A stretch of DNA of 64,000 nt from an uncultured Acidobacteriota bacterium (GTDB lineage Bacteria; Acidobacteriota; Vicinamibacteria; Vicinamibacterales; UBA2999): assembly GCA_963786365.1 (NCBI GenBank), contig CAWAYR010000024.1:145960-209959 (forward strand), read 5' to 3'. Below the pieces are notes generated by a model. The model made no database searches. It had not been told where the DNA came from and worked only from the letters and a program-made list of their open reading frames with translations. Both the position numbers and the translations under genes were made by a program. Below are positions 32,719-42,871 of the stretch, piece by piece (positions within the stretch are counted from its first letter, which is position 1; the number at the start of each line of letters is the position of its first letter).

Positions 32719-33470
32719 CGCCTGACCCGGTAGCGGAGGATCAGCGCGATCATCGCCACGCCGGTACGCAGCGTGCCTTTCAGGGTGCCGGTGATCTTCG
32801 ACTCGCCGATGCGCCCGCGGTAGTTGACCGGCACCTCGATCACCCGCAGCCCGCGCCGCAGCGCCAGGATCACCATCTCGGGCAGGAAGTGTGAGCCGCC
32901 GACGGTCAGATCGTCGACGATGCGCGCCACCGCGGCCTTGTGGGTGAGGCGCAGCGTGCAGCCGCAGTCGGTCAGCGACGGGCCGCCGTGCAGCACCTGC
33001 AGGAACTTGGCGACCGCGAGGTTGCCGACCCGCAGGAACCAGCCCATGTTCGCCTGCGCCCAGATCAGCTCCCGGGTCGTGCGGGTGCCGCACACCATGT
33101 CGAAGTCGTCGGCGTAGGCCAGCAGCTTGAGCACGTCGCGGCCGACGAAGGTGCCGTCGGGCTCGGCCAGGATCACCAGATCGCCGGTGGCCTCACGCAG
33201 GCCGCGGGTGAGCGCGTGGCCGTAGCCCTGCGCCCCTTCGTGGACCAGGCGGGCGGGGGTGGCGCGGGCCTCGTCGGCGGTGCGATCACGGGAGTTGTTG
33301 TCGACGACGATGACGTCGTCGACGACGCCCGGGGCCAGGAACTCCTCGACCGCTTGACGGATGTGGGCTTCTTCGTTGAACGCGGGAAACACCACCGTCA
33401 CGGTCCGGCCGCCGTACATCGGGTCCCAGGCCTTTCTCGCCGGGCACGCCTCGCCCGCACCGGGCCGCAC
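32715..33470 (-). CDS. GT2 polyprenyl-phosphate glycosyltransferase (DPM1/ArnC-like)
   Basis: VTVVFPAFNEEAHI...VIVVDNNSRDRT...LVILAEPDGT...C-terminal amphipathic/TM tail. The likely start is MYGGRT, near 33419. Confidence 0.75.
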   Translation of the reverse strand: MRPGAGEACPARKAWDPMYGGRTVTVVFPAFNEEAHIRQAVEEFLAPGVVDDVIVVDNNSRDRTADEARATPARLVHEGAQGYGHALTRGLREATGDLVILAEPDGTFVGRDVLKLLAYADDFDMVCGTRTTRELIWAQANMGWFLRVGNLAVAKFLQVLHGGPSLTDCGCTLRLTHKAAVARIVDDLTVGGSHFLPEMVILALRRGLRVIEVPVNYRGRIGESKITGTLKGTLRTGVAMIALILRYRVRR

Positions 33471-33516
33471 GATAGCACACGGTCTGCGGCGAAATCGGGG
33501 CTATGCTGTCGCGGTC

Positions 33517-33939
33517 ATGCGGACGGCTGTCCTGGCGCCGCCGGTCACCGACACGCTGCTGGATCGCGACGCGTTCGAACGCGCCTGGCACGGGGTGCAT
33601 GGCGGCGACGTCGCCACGCCCACGCCGGCGACCAGCGCGCACCTGACGATCTCCCGCAACAGCCCCGGCGACTTCCAGGATCGGCAGGTCTACGTCTGGG
33701 TCGACGACGAGTCGTGGGGCAAGATCAAATACGGCCATCCGCTGTCGCGTGAGATCGCGCTGGGTCCACATCGCATCCGCGTCAACAACACGCTCTTCAA
33801 CGACACACTGACGTTCACGGCGCGGCCGGGTGAGCACGTTCGCGTGCGCTGCCACAACGGCATGCCGCGCGCCGGCTGGCTGATGTTGCTGTTTCTCCAC
33901 GTCACGTATCTGAGCGTGAAGCTCGAGCGGGAAGCCTGA
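33517..33939 (+). CDS. Hypothetical 140-aa protein (orphan)
   Basis: Starts MRTAVLAPPV at 33517 within ORF 33361..33939. No motif was recognised. Its 5' region and an internal segment are duplicated at 35737-35836. Confidence 0.45.
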   Translation: MRTAVLAPPVTDTLLDRDAFERAWHGVHGGDVATPTPATSAHLTISRNSPGDFQDRQVYVWVDDESWGKIKYGHPLSREIALGPHRIRVNNTLFNDTLTFTARPGEHVRVRCHNGMPRAGWLMLLFLHVTYLSVKLEREA

Positions 33940-34049
33940 AGGGTTCGTCCACGGCGCCGCGCGTCCTCAGCTGCCGGCGCGGCCAGGCGCGGGCCTCCAG
34001 ACCGCACGTTCGCGGCGGAGGCCACGCGCCTGTTCCGTTGCTGACGCGG

Positions 34050-35696
34050 CTAGCGCTGCACGGTGGTCGTGGTGAGCGCCTTCAACGCGGCTTCGAGCGC
34101 AGCGATGCGTTCGGTGAGCAGCTCGATCTCGGCGCTGCGGGTCCGGTCGACCACGAAGTTCTCGAAGAAGACTGAGGCGAGCACCCGCTTGTGCGGGCGC
34201 CCATCGGCGCCCTGCACGGAGGCGGTCACGGTCGTCCAGTCGATCGGCTCCGCGAGACGCGCGATGATGTAGCTCACGTCGAACGTGCCCGGATCGGCCA
34301 TGGCATGGCCGGCAACGTCCGACGACAGCAGGTAGGCTCCCGCGGCGACATTCCGGCCCGTGTCGATGACCCACATCTCACCGTTGCCAACGGCCTCGAC
34401 GAGGTGCGGGTTGACGGATTCGGAGAGGTTGGCGCTGGCGGCGTGCTGACGAGCGAGGTAGGCGCCCATGATTGCGGGGTCGTTCGCCCGCTGGCTCTTC
34501 TTGACGCCGTAGAGAATCTCCGACCCGGGATTGTCTTCAAGGCGGCCGTTGTCCCCGGTCAGTGACACCAGCATCCCGCGCTCGATGACTTCATCCGTGC
34601 GCGCAAAGTGCGAGCCGGTGAACGCGTTGTACGACACAACACCCGCGGCGACATCGATCGTGCCTACCGTAGTGCTGTTGCGCCGGAACCGCACGAGCGT
34701 GCCATCGTCGGGCACTCGGTCGAAGACGGCGACACCTTGAATGCCATTACCGGAGGCTGTGACGGTGAAGTTGCCGCGAAAGCCCGGGGGGTTCAGGGCT
34801 GTCCCGGCTTCGATATCGCCGCTCGTGGCCACCAGGAACTTCGAGTCGCTGCCGATCATGAAATTGATCGAGCCGGTCGGCGAGATGTTGTTGATGCGGT
34901 ACTCGCCGGTGGTGTTGCGGTAGCCCTGGAACTGCCGCAGCGCGCCCGTATGGTCGTAGAACAGCATGCCGGAGTAGGCGGTGGCGCCGCCGCTCAGATT
35001 CTGCACGGCGATGCCGGTCTGCGTGCCCCCGGCGTTGGTGAACCGGAGTGGAACACGTCGAGCGGCGTCGTCGTGTTCACGCCAATCAGCCCGCCGGCGT
35101 CGTAGAGGCTCGAGTTGATCAGGTCGACGTTGTTGAAGAACTTCCCGATGAAGTTCGCGGTCCCGTTGTTCACCAGCGGCACGGGGTTACCATCCCCGGC
35201 GGCTGCGGATCGATCGGCGGTGCTCGGTCGAATCGCTCCGGCGGGCTGCCGGCGTGAGCAGGTAGTCGGCGGCCGGACGCCCGCCGAGGGTGTCGGCGTT
35301 GGCCGCCGAGAGCGCGTAGGGCACGGCCGTGAGCAGGCTACGGGCCGCGGCCGGACCGCCAGCTCTCTGGACGCTCAGCCAGCGGGCCGCGCCCCCGGCG
35401 AAGAGTTCCACCGGCAGCCCGTCGCTCATGGCGCCAAGGAACACCGAATAGCCGCCGCTGCCGTCGATGGAGAGCGCCTGGGTTTCCTGCCAGAGCAGCG
35501 TGCCGCCGGTCTCCTGGTCGTAGATGGAGAATTCCACGAGCTCCGTAGCGCCAACTTGCGTGCCGGTCGTGACCGGCAGCGCGCCGTTCATCCGAATGAG
35601 GCGGTCGGTCGACGGTCCTGAACTCTGCGCGAGGGCCGCGGTGGTGATGAGGGTCAGCACCAGGGCCAGGGAATACCTGAGTGGTGTCGGGCGCAT
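34050..35696 (-). CDS. Secreted tail-fibre-like protein (N-terminal beta-rich module, C-terminal coiled coil); at least 2 frame changes (35010-35260)
   Basis: AGGAG then ATG at 35696, then a signal peptide. ELVEFSIYDQETGGTLLWQETQALSIDGSGGYSVFLG...VPYALSAANADTLGG, then VPLVNNGTANFIGKF...IGVNTTTPLDVFHS, then ORF 34050..35006 ending EIELLTERIAALEAALKAL. The pattern resembles bacterial tail-fibre-domain proteins. Confidence 0.45.
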
Positions 35697-35736
35697 ACGA
35701 GGCTCCTTGGGGGAAGCCGCGCAAACAATACTCAAA

Positions 35737-35836
35737 TCGCCCGCAGCGGACTGCACGACAGCACACGGTTCTGCGGCGAAAATGGGGCGATTCCAGGATC
35801 GGCAGGCCTACATCTGGTTCGGCGACGAGTCGTGGG
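35737..35836 (+). repeat. Relic partial copy of the 5' region and an internal segment of gene 33517..33939
   Basis: 35737-35787 matches 33451-33500 at about 86% by hand alignment. 35786-35836 matches 33668-33719 at about 88%. About 167 bp are missing between the two blocks. It encodes FQDRQAYIWFGDESW versus FQDRQVYVWVDDESW in the parent gene. Confidence 0.75.
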
Positions 35837-36142
35837 CGCCCGCTGTCCCGACGTGCCCGCAATACCGTGCAGGCGGCGCCGACGACCCGCGACCTAGCAA
35901 GACTAATCTCTTGGCCGGCCCGGAAGCGAGACGCCGGTGGCAGTGTCGCGACTCTGAGCAACTCTGAGTCACGACCGCCGAGTTCGCCTCGGATTACGCG
36001 AGTGCGCCTCCAGGCCGCCGCGTCGTCGCGCTTCACGGCACCCCGCTTGCTGTCAGCACACCTCACGGAGTTACCGGCGAGGCGGGTCCTGCGGTCGTGT
36101 GCCGCGGAGGTGCCGCTCGCCGCCCTGCGAGAGGACGACAGC

Positions 36143-39100
36143 ATGCGTGCAGCCTTCGGCGTTCGGTCGATGTTCGTCGCGGGCGTGATGTTGGCAGCCG
36201 TCGCAATGCTGCGCGGTCAGTCACCGCAATCCACCGGCACGTGGGCCGACGCCGGGCTCGGCGGCGCTGTGCCCCGCGGCGGCGCAGCGGTCGCGCTCCC
36301 CGACGGGCGCACGCTGATCCTTGGCGGGGCGGCAGCCGACGATACGCCGTCGAGCGCTGCACTGCTGTACGACCCGAGCACCGGGACACTGACTCAGCGC
36401 CGGCGCGTTGCTGTTCGCACGCACGGGCCACGCGGCAACCGCGTTGAGCGATGGGCGCATCGTGGTGTCAGGTGGCGTCATCGGCGGGCTCGTGACCGGC
36501 GATGTCGAGATCTTCGATGTCGCCGCCGGCACGTCGTCGCTCGCCGCCGTGTTGCCGGAACCGCGCCGCGGACATGCCGCGGCTCGCCTTGCCGGCGACG
36601 CGGTGCTGATGGCCGGCGGAAGCGGCGTCGACGGTACCGTGCTGCGCACGGCCGTCGTGCTCGATCCGGCGACCGGGGCCGCCACCGTTCTGGACAGCCA
36701 GCTGTCGACGGCGCGCACGGACGCGTCGGCGACGCGGCTCATCGACGGCCGGGTGCTGGTGGCTGGCGGCAGCGACGGCGCCGCCGATTGGCCTCCGCGG
36801 AAATCTACGATCCGTTCGCGCAGACTTTCTCGCCGCTCACGACCGCGATGTCGGTGCCGCGTCGCGGTCACGCTGCGATCCTGCTGCCCGACAACGCGTC
36901 GGTCCTCGTCGGCGGCGGCACGTCGAACGGCGTCGCCCAGTCCGCTGTGGATCTCTTCCTGCCGGCCGAGTTCCCCGACCCGTTCTCGTACGGCGTCGGC
37001 CAGTTCGCGCCGACCGGGGCGATGTCGGCGGCTCGCACTGCTGGCGTGACGACGCCGACCGGCATCGAGGGCTATGCCATCGCCGACGGCGGCGGCGCGT
37101 CGAACGCCGAGGTCTACCGTTTTGCGACCATCAGGACCGATAAGGACGACTACGCGCCGGGCGAGCTCGCGCTGATCACCGGCACGGGATGGCAGCCGAA
37201 TGAAACCGTGCGGCTGACGTTCCAGGAAGATCCGGCGGTGCATGACGACTACGTCATCGACGTCGTCGCCGATCCGCAGGGCAACCTGCGCTGGGACCAG
37301 TGGGCGCCGGAATACCACGATCTGGGGGTCCGCTTCTACCTGATGGCGTCGGGCGGCGTGTCAAAGGCACAGACGACGTTCACGGACGCGCTCAAGGTCA
37401 CGGTCAAGCGCAGAAACCCGAATGCGGCGACCTTCAGAGTTGCCAGCGGTTCGACGACTCCCGTGACGTTCGAGCTGATCAACGCCAACACCGGCGGCGA
37501 CAAGAATTCGTCCATCAACATCAGTTACTCGCTCACGGTAACGGGTGCCACGGCCACAGGTATTCCGTTGACGGCCTCTGGCATCACGATACCTAGCAAC
37601 AGCAGCATCTTTCGGACATGGAGTATCGTCGTCCCTACTGGGCCAGCGTCGGCGACCGTCACGTTGTCGGCGACGGTGAACCTCTGCCCGGCGTGTGACG
37701 TTGGGACTGACTCCTATACCATCAACGTCGCCGCGCCACCACCATCCGACTCGACGCCACCCGTGATCACACCGAACATTACGGGCACGCTGGGCAACAA
37801 CGGCTGGTATACGAGCAACGTCGACCTCACCTGGACTGTCACGGACCCCCAGTCGTCAATCTCGTCCTCGACCGGCTGCAGTCCCTCCAGTGTTACGACC
37901 GACACTGCCGGCACGACGTTCACGTGCTCGGCGACGAGCGCCGGTGGCACCAGCAACTCGTCGGTCACCATCAAACGCGACGCGTCCAAGCCGAACGCGC
38001 CGACTGCCTCGGCCACGCCGCCGCCCAATGGCAGCGGCTGGAACAACACCGACGTCACGGTCGCGTTCGCCTCGGCCGGCGACAACGGCCCGAGCGGGGT
38101 CCTGTCGTGCACGCCGTCGAGCACGCTCACCGCCGAGACTGCCGGCACTGCCGTGACCGGCACCTGCACCGACAACGCCGGCAACGTGAGCGACGCCAGT
38201 TCCCTCACCGTGAAGATCGACAAGTCCGCCCCGAATGCGCCGATTGCATCGGCCACACCGGCGCCGAACGCCAGCGGCTGGAACAACACCGACGTCACCG
38301 TCGCGTTCGCCTCGGCCGGCGACAACGGCCCGAGCGGAGTCCTGTCGTGCACGGCGTCGAGCACGCTCACCGCCGAGACCGCAGGCACCGCGGTCTCCGG
38401 CACGTGCACCGACACCGCCGGCAACGTCAGCGGAACCAGCTCGGTCACCGTGAAGATCGACAAGACCGCGCCGAACGCGCCGACTTCCTCGGCGACGCCG
38501 GCGCCCAACGCCAGCGGCTGGAACACCACCGATGTCACCGTCGCGTTCGCCTCGGCCGGCGACAACGGCCCGAGCGGCGTGGCCTCCTGCACGGCCAGCC
38601 AGTCGTTCACGACCGAGACGAGCGGGACTCTGGTCTCGGGCACCTGCATCGACAACGCCGGCAACACCAGCGCGGCGACCGATGTGACGGTAAAGATTGA
38701 CAAGACCGCGCCGAACCCGCCCACGGCCACCCGCACTCCACCGGCCAACGCCGCCGGCTGGAACAACAGCGACGTCACGGTGAGCTTCGTGTCGGCGGGC
38801 GACGTCGGGCCCAGCGGCGTGGCCTCGTGCACGACGCCGACCACCCTGACCGCGGAAACGGCCGGGACGAACGGTCTCGGGCACCTGCACCGACACCGCC
38901 GGCAACGTCAGCGGGACCACCGACGTGACAGTGAAGATCGACAAGACGGCGCCGGACGCGCCGGCGGCGTCGCACTTACCGGCCCCGAACGCGGCGGGCT
39001 GGAACAACGCCGACGTCACGGTCTCGTTCACGCCGTCGACCGACGCGCTGAGCGGCATCGCCTCGTGCACGGCGCCGACGACGTTGACGACCGACACCGC

Positions 39101-40765
39101 GTCGACGGTCGTCTCCGGCACCTGCATTGACAACGCGGGCAACACCAGCGCCAGCACCGACGTCACGGTGAAGCTCGACAAGAGCGCTCCCAACGCGCCC
39201 ACGGGATTCGAGGACGCCGCCGGCCAACGCCGCCGGCTGGAACAACACCGACGTCACGGTGAGCTTCGTGTCGGCGGGCGACGTTGGGCCCAGCGGCGTG
39301 GCTTCGTGCACGGCGCCGACCACCCTGACGGCCGAGACGTTGGTGGGGGGCACGGTGGTCTCCGGGACGTGTACCGACACCGCCGGCAACGTCAGCGGGG
39401 CCACCGACGTGACGGTGAAGATCGACAGGACGGCGCCAGACGCGCCGGCGGCGTCACACGTGCCGGCCCCGAACGCGGCGGGCTGGAACAACGCCAACGT
39501 CACGGTCTCGTTCACACCGTCGACCGACGCGCTGAGCGGCATCGCCTCGTGCACGGCGCCGACGACCCTGACGACCGACACCGCGTCGACGGTCGTCTCC
39601 GGCACCTGCACTGACAACGCCGGCAACACCAGCGCCAGCACCGACGTCACGGTGAAGCTCGACAAGAGCGCTCCGAACGCGCCCACGGGATCGAGGACGC
39701 CGCCGGCCAACGCCGCCGGCTGGAACAACACCGACGTCACGGTGAACTTCGCGTCGGCGGGCGACGTCGGGCCCAGCGGCGTGGCTTCGTGCACGGCGCC
39801 AAGCACCCTCACCGCGGAAACGGCCGGGACGAACGTCTCGGGTACCTGCACCGACACCGCCGGCAACGTCAGCGGGACCACCGACGTGACGGTGAAGATC
39901 GACAAGAGCGGCGCCAAATCCGCCGACGGCATCGCGAACACCGGCGGCGAACGCGGCCGGCTGGAACAACACCGCCGTCACGGTGACGTTCGCCGCGGCC
40001 GGCGACCACGGCCCGAGCGGCGTCGCCTCCTGCACGGTCCTGCCGCCGTTCACCGCCGACACGGGCGGCACCCTGGCGTCGGGGACATGCACCGACGCTG
40101 CCGGTAACAGCAGCGGTGTCACCAGCCTCACGGTGAAAGTCGACACCGTGCTGCCGACCATGGCGGTCACTGGCGTCGCCAATGGGGAGATCTACATCCT
40201 GGGGGCGGTGCCGGCGGCCGCGTGCAGCACGACCGACCCACTGTCGGGCGTCGACGCGGCCGCGACGGTCGCGGTGACCGGCGGCGTGCCTCCGGGCGTC
40301 GGCACCTTCACAGCCACGTGCAGCGGCGCGACCGACAAGGCCGGCAACGCGGCGGCGCCGCCGGTGAGTGTCACCTACCAGGTGCAGTTCGCGCCGGCCG
40401 GCACGACCTGCCTCGGTGCGCCAGCTCATCAGGTGCTGCAGCCGATCAATGTCGATGGCTCGAGCGTCTTCAAGCAGAAGAGCACCGTGCCGGTGAAGTT
40501 CCGTGTCTGCGATGCCAATGGCGTCTCGATCGGCGCCAACGTCGTCGCGGCCTTCAATCTCGTGCAGGTGACCGGCGCCACGGCCACTCCGGTCAACGAG
40601 GAGGTCCAGTCGACGACGCCGGACACGGCGTTCCGCTTCGACCCGACCGCGCAGCAGTGGATCTTCAACACCAACACGAAGCCGCTGTCGGCTCCCCTGG
40701 CATATCGCTACCGCATTTTGCTGACCGACGAAACGACGATCGAGTACGTGTTCACCCTGAAGTAG
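36143..40765 (+). CDS. Giant secreted surface protein: Kelch-like beta-propeller + about 10 Ig-like repeats + C-terminal PxKF-like domain; 5 frame changes
   Basis: Starts MRAAFGVRSMFVAGVMLAAVAML (signal peptide). Kelch-like repeats run through ORFs 35681/36408. Repeats of KIDKxAPNAP...GWNNTDVTVxFxSAGDxGPSGV...GTCTDxAGN continue through ORFs 35681, 38925, 39259 and 39983. The C-terminus is INVDGSSVFKQKSTVPVKFRVCD...FRFDPTAQQWIFNTNT. Confidence 0.8.
37969..40146 (+). repeat. Nine tandem coding repeats of about 240 bp (80 aa) inside the giant surface-protein gene
   Basis: The period is marked by recurring GTGAAGATCGACAAG...GGCTGGAACAAC blocks. Units at 38944-39183 and 39427-39663 are near-identical, as are their neighbours, indicating a two-unit (about 480-bp) super-repeat duplication. 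Confidence 0.85.
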
Positions 40766-40843
40766 CCTGGGCGCACCCGCGGGCCGGCCGGCTTCCTCGC
40801 CGCCGGTCCGCGGCCATCGGCCGGGCGCTGCTAGACTCCTCCG

Positions 40844-42871
40844 GTGCTCGCACGGACGACTCGCTGGGTGCTGGTGGCCGCCTTCACGCTGGCGTCCGCG
40901 CTGCTGGCCGGCGTGCTCGGGCAGGCCAGCCTGCTCCAGCAGCTCGAGCTGAAGACCTACGACGCCCGTCTGCGCGCGGTCGCGACCGGCGAGGGCCCGC
41001 CGCCGGCGATCGCGCAGGTCCTGATCGACGACCACTCGATCCGGCAGCTGGAGCCGATGGTCGGCCGCTGGCCGTGGCCGCGGATGGTCCACGCGGTGCT
41101 GGTCGACTTCCTGGCGCGCGGGCCGGCGACGCTCGTCGTCTACGACGTGCTGTTCAGCGAGGAGGCCAAGGGCACCTCCGAGATCGGCGGCACGACATGG
41201 ACCGGGGCCGAGAGCGACGACGCGCTCGTCCAGTCGGTGGCCAAGGCCGGCAACGTGATCCTCGCTGCCGAGGCGTCGAGCGAGGGCCTGGTCGATGCCA
41301 GCCAGAACGTGCAGCCGGCGCTGGCCGACATCCCGTCACTGCGGGCCCGATGGCCGCTGACCGGCTTCGCCGAGCGGCGGCCGCTCCTGACGCCGCCGTT
41401 TCCGGCGCTGGCGCGGGCCGCCCGCGGCATCGGCCATGCGCGCCTCGCCTACGACCCGGATGGTCCGGCCCGCCGCTACGTGCCGTTCGTCGAGGTCGCC
41501 GGTCACGTCGTGCCCTCGCTGCCGGTGGCCGCGGCGCTGGCGGTGCGCGGCGTCGGCCCCGACCAGGTGTCGGCGACGCGGGCCGCCCTGAGGCTGGGCC
41601 CGGCGCGCGTTCCGTGGGTCGAGCAGGTGGTGCCCGACTACTACGGGCCGGCACAGACGGTGTGGCGCGGGCTGGTGCCGTTCCGCGGGCCGACCATGCG
41701 TGCCGATCGCACGCCGACGTTCCCCTCGTATTCCTTCCAGGACGTGTTCCTCGCCGAACAGCAGCTGCTGGCCGGTGAGACACCCCATCTCGACCCGGCG
41801 GTGTTCAAGGATCGGATCGTCGTGGTCGGGGTCACGGCCGAGGGCCTCAAGGACATCTTCACGACGCCCTTCGGCGAAGGCAACATGCCCGGCGCCGAGT
41901 TCCACGCCAACGTGCTCGACGGCCTGCTCACGAACCGCACCATCGCCCCGGCCGCGCCGTGGCAGCGCGTGTTGACCACCCTGGTGCCGGCGCTGGCGAT
42001 CGGCGTCGTCGGCGCGCTGGCCGCGCCGTGGGCCACGGCGGCCGCGGCGCTGGCCGCGTCGGCGCTGCTCGCGTGGTACACGACACGAGCCCTCGGCCAC
42101 GGCGTGTGGCTGCCGCTGGTGGTACCGGTGCTCGCCGTGGTGCTGACGTTCGTCGCCGACCTGGCGTGGAGCTACTTCGTCGAGGGCCGCGAGAAGCGGA
42201 GGGTCAAACGGCTGTTTTCGCGCTATGTGTCCAAGGATGTGTATCAGCAGCTGCTCGCCAGCCCCGGCGAGGTCGGCCTGGGCGGCGAGCGTCGCGAGAT
42301 GACGGTGCTGTTCTCGGACATGCGCGGCTTCACCACGCTGTCGGAGAGCGGCGAGGCGGAAGATCTCGTCCGCCAGCTGAACCAGTACTTCACGCGCATG
42401 GTGGCGGTGGTGTTCGCGCACCGCGGCACCGTCGACAAGTTCGTCGGCGACATGGTGATGGCGCTGTTCGGGGCGCCGCTCGACGACCCCGACCATGCCG
42501 ATCACGCGGTGCAGACGGCGCTGAAGATGGTCGACGAGCTGCAGGACCTGAACCGGCGCTGGGCGGTGGAGGGCCGGGCCGCCCTCGACATCGGCATCGG
42601 CATCAACACCGGCGAGATGATTGCCGGGAACATTGGGTCCGATACGATCATGAGCTACACCGTGATCGGCGACAACGTGAACCTGGGGGCCCGGCTCGAG
42701 TCGCTCAACAAGGACTACGGCACGCGGATCCTGATCTCCGAGGCGACGCGGCGTCAGTTGAAGGGACACTATGATGTCCGGGCGCTCGGCGAGGTCACGG
42801 TGAAGGGCAAGACCCGGCCGGTGGCGATCTTCGAGGTCCGCACCGACGTGAAGAAAGAGGCATCCGCATGA
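40844..42871 (+). CDS. CHASE2 sensor domain-containing class III adenylate/guanylate cyclase
   Basis: Intact 675-aa ORF with a GTG start. N-terminal TM, a large extracytoplasmic region, three TM helices, then the cyclase motifs TVLFSDMRGFTTLSE, KFVGDMVMALFGAP and GIGINTGEMIAGNIG. Confidence 0.85.
   Translation: MLARTTRWVLVAAFTLASALLAGVLGQASLLQQLELKTYDARLRAVATGEGPPPAIAQVLIDDHSIRQLEPMVGRWPWPRMVHAVLVDFLARGPATLVVYDVLFSEEAKGTSEIGGTTWTGAESDDALVQSVAKAGNVILAAEASSEGLVDASQNVQPALADIPSLRARWPLTGFAERRPLLTPPFPALARAARGIGHARLAYDPDGPARRYVPFVEVAGHVVPSLPVAAALAVRGVGPDQVSATRAALRLGPARVPWVEQVVPDYYGPAQTVWRGLVPFRGPTMRADRTPTFPSYSFQDVFLAEQQLLAGETPHLDPAVFKDRIVVVGVTAEGLKDIFTTPFGEGNMPGAEFHANVLDGLLTNRTIAPAAPWQRVLTTLVPALAIGVVGALAAPWATAAAALAASALLAWYTTRALGHGVWLPLVVPVLAVVLTFVADLAWSYFVEGREKRRVKRLFSRYVSKDVYQQLLASPGEVGLGGERREMTVLFSDMRGFTTLSESGEAEDLVRQLNQYFTRMVAVVFAHRGTVDKFVGDMVMALFGAPLDDPDHADHAVQTALKMVDELQDLNRRWAVEGRAALDIGIGINTGEMIAGNIGSDTIMSYTVIGDNVNLGARLESLNKDYGTRILISEATRRQLKGHYDVRALGEVTVKGKTRPVAIFEVRTDVKKEASA

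Noticed and set aside
35681-36142. N-terminal 154 codons of the 1149-aa ORF 35681..39130
   Set aside because: The translation is Arg/Ser-rich and spans the relic repeat and intergenic DNA. A proper signal peptide begins at ATG 36143, which I take as the start.
37969-40146. Regular repeat array considered as a possible CRISPR
   Set aside because: The period is about 240 bp with no unique spacers. The units are contiguous and translate in frame into an Ig-like protein repeat. No cas genes are present.
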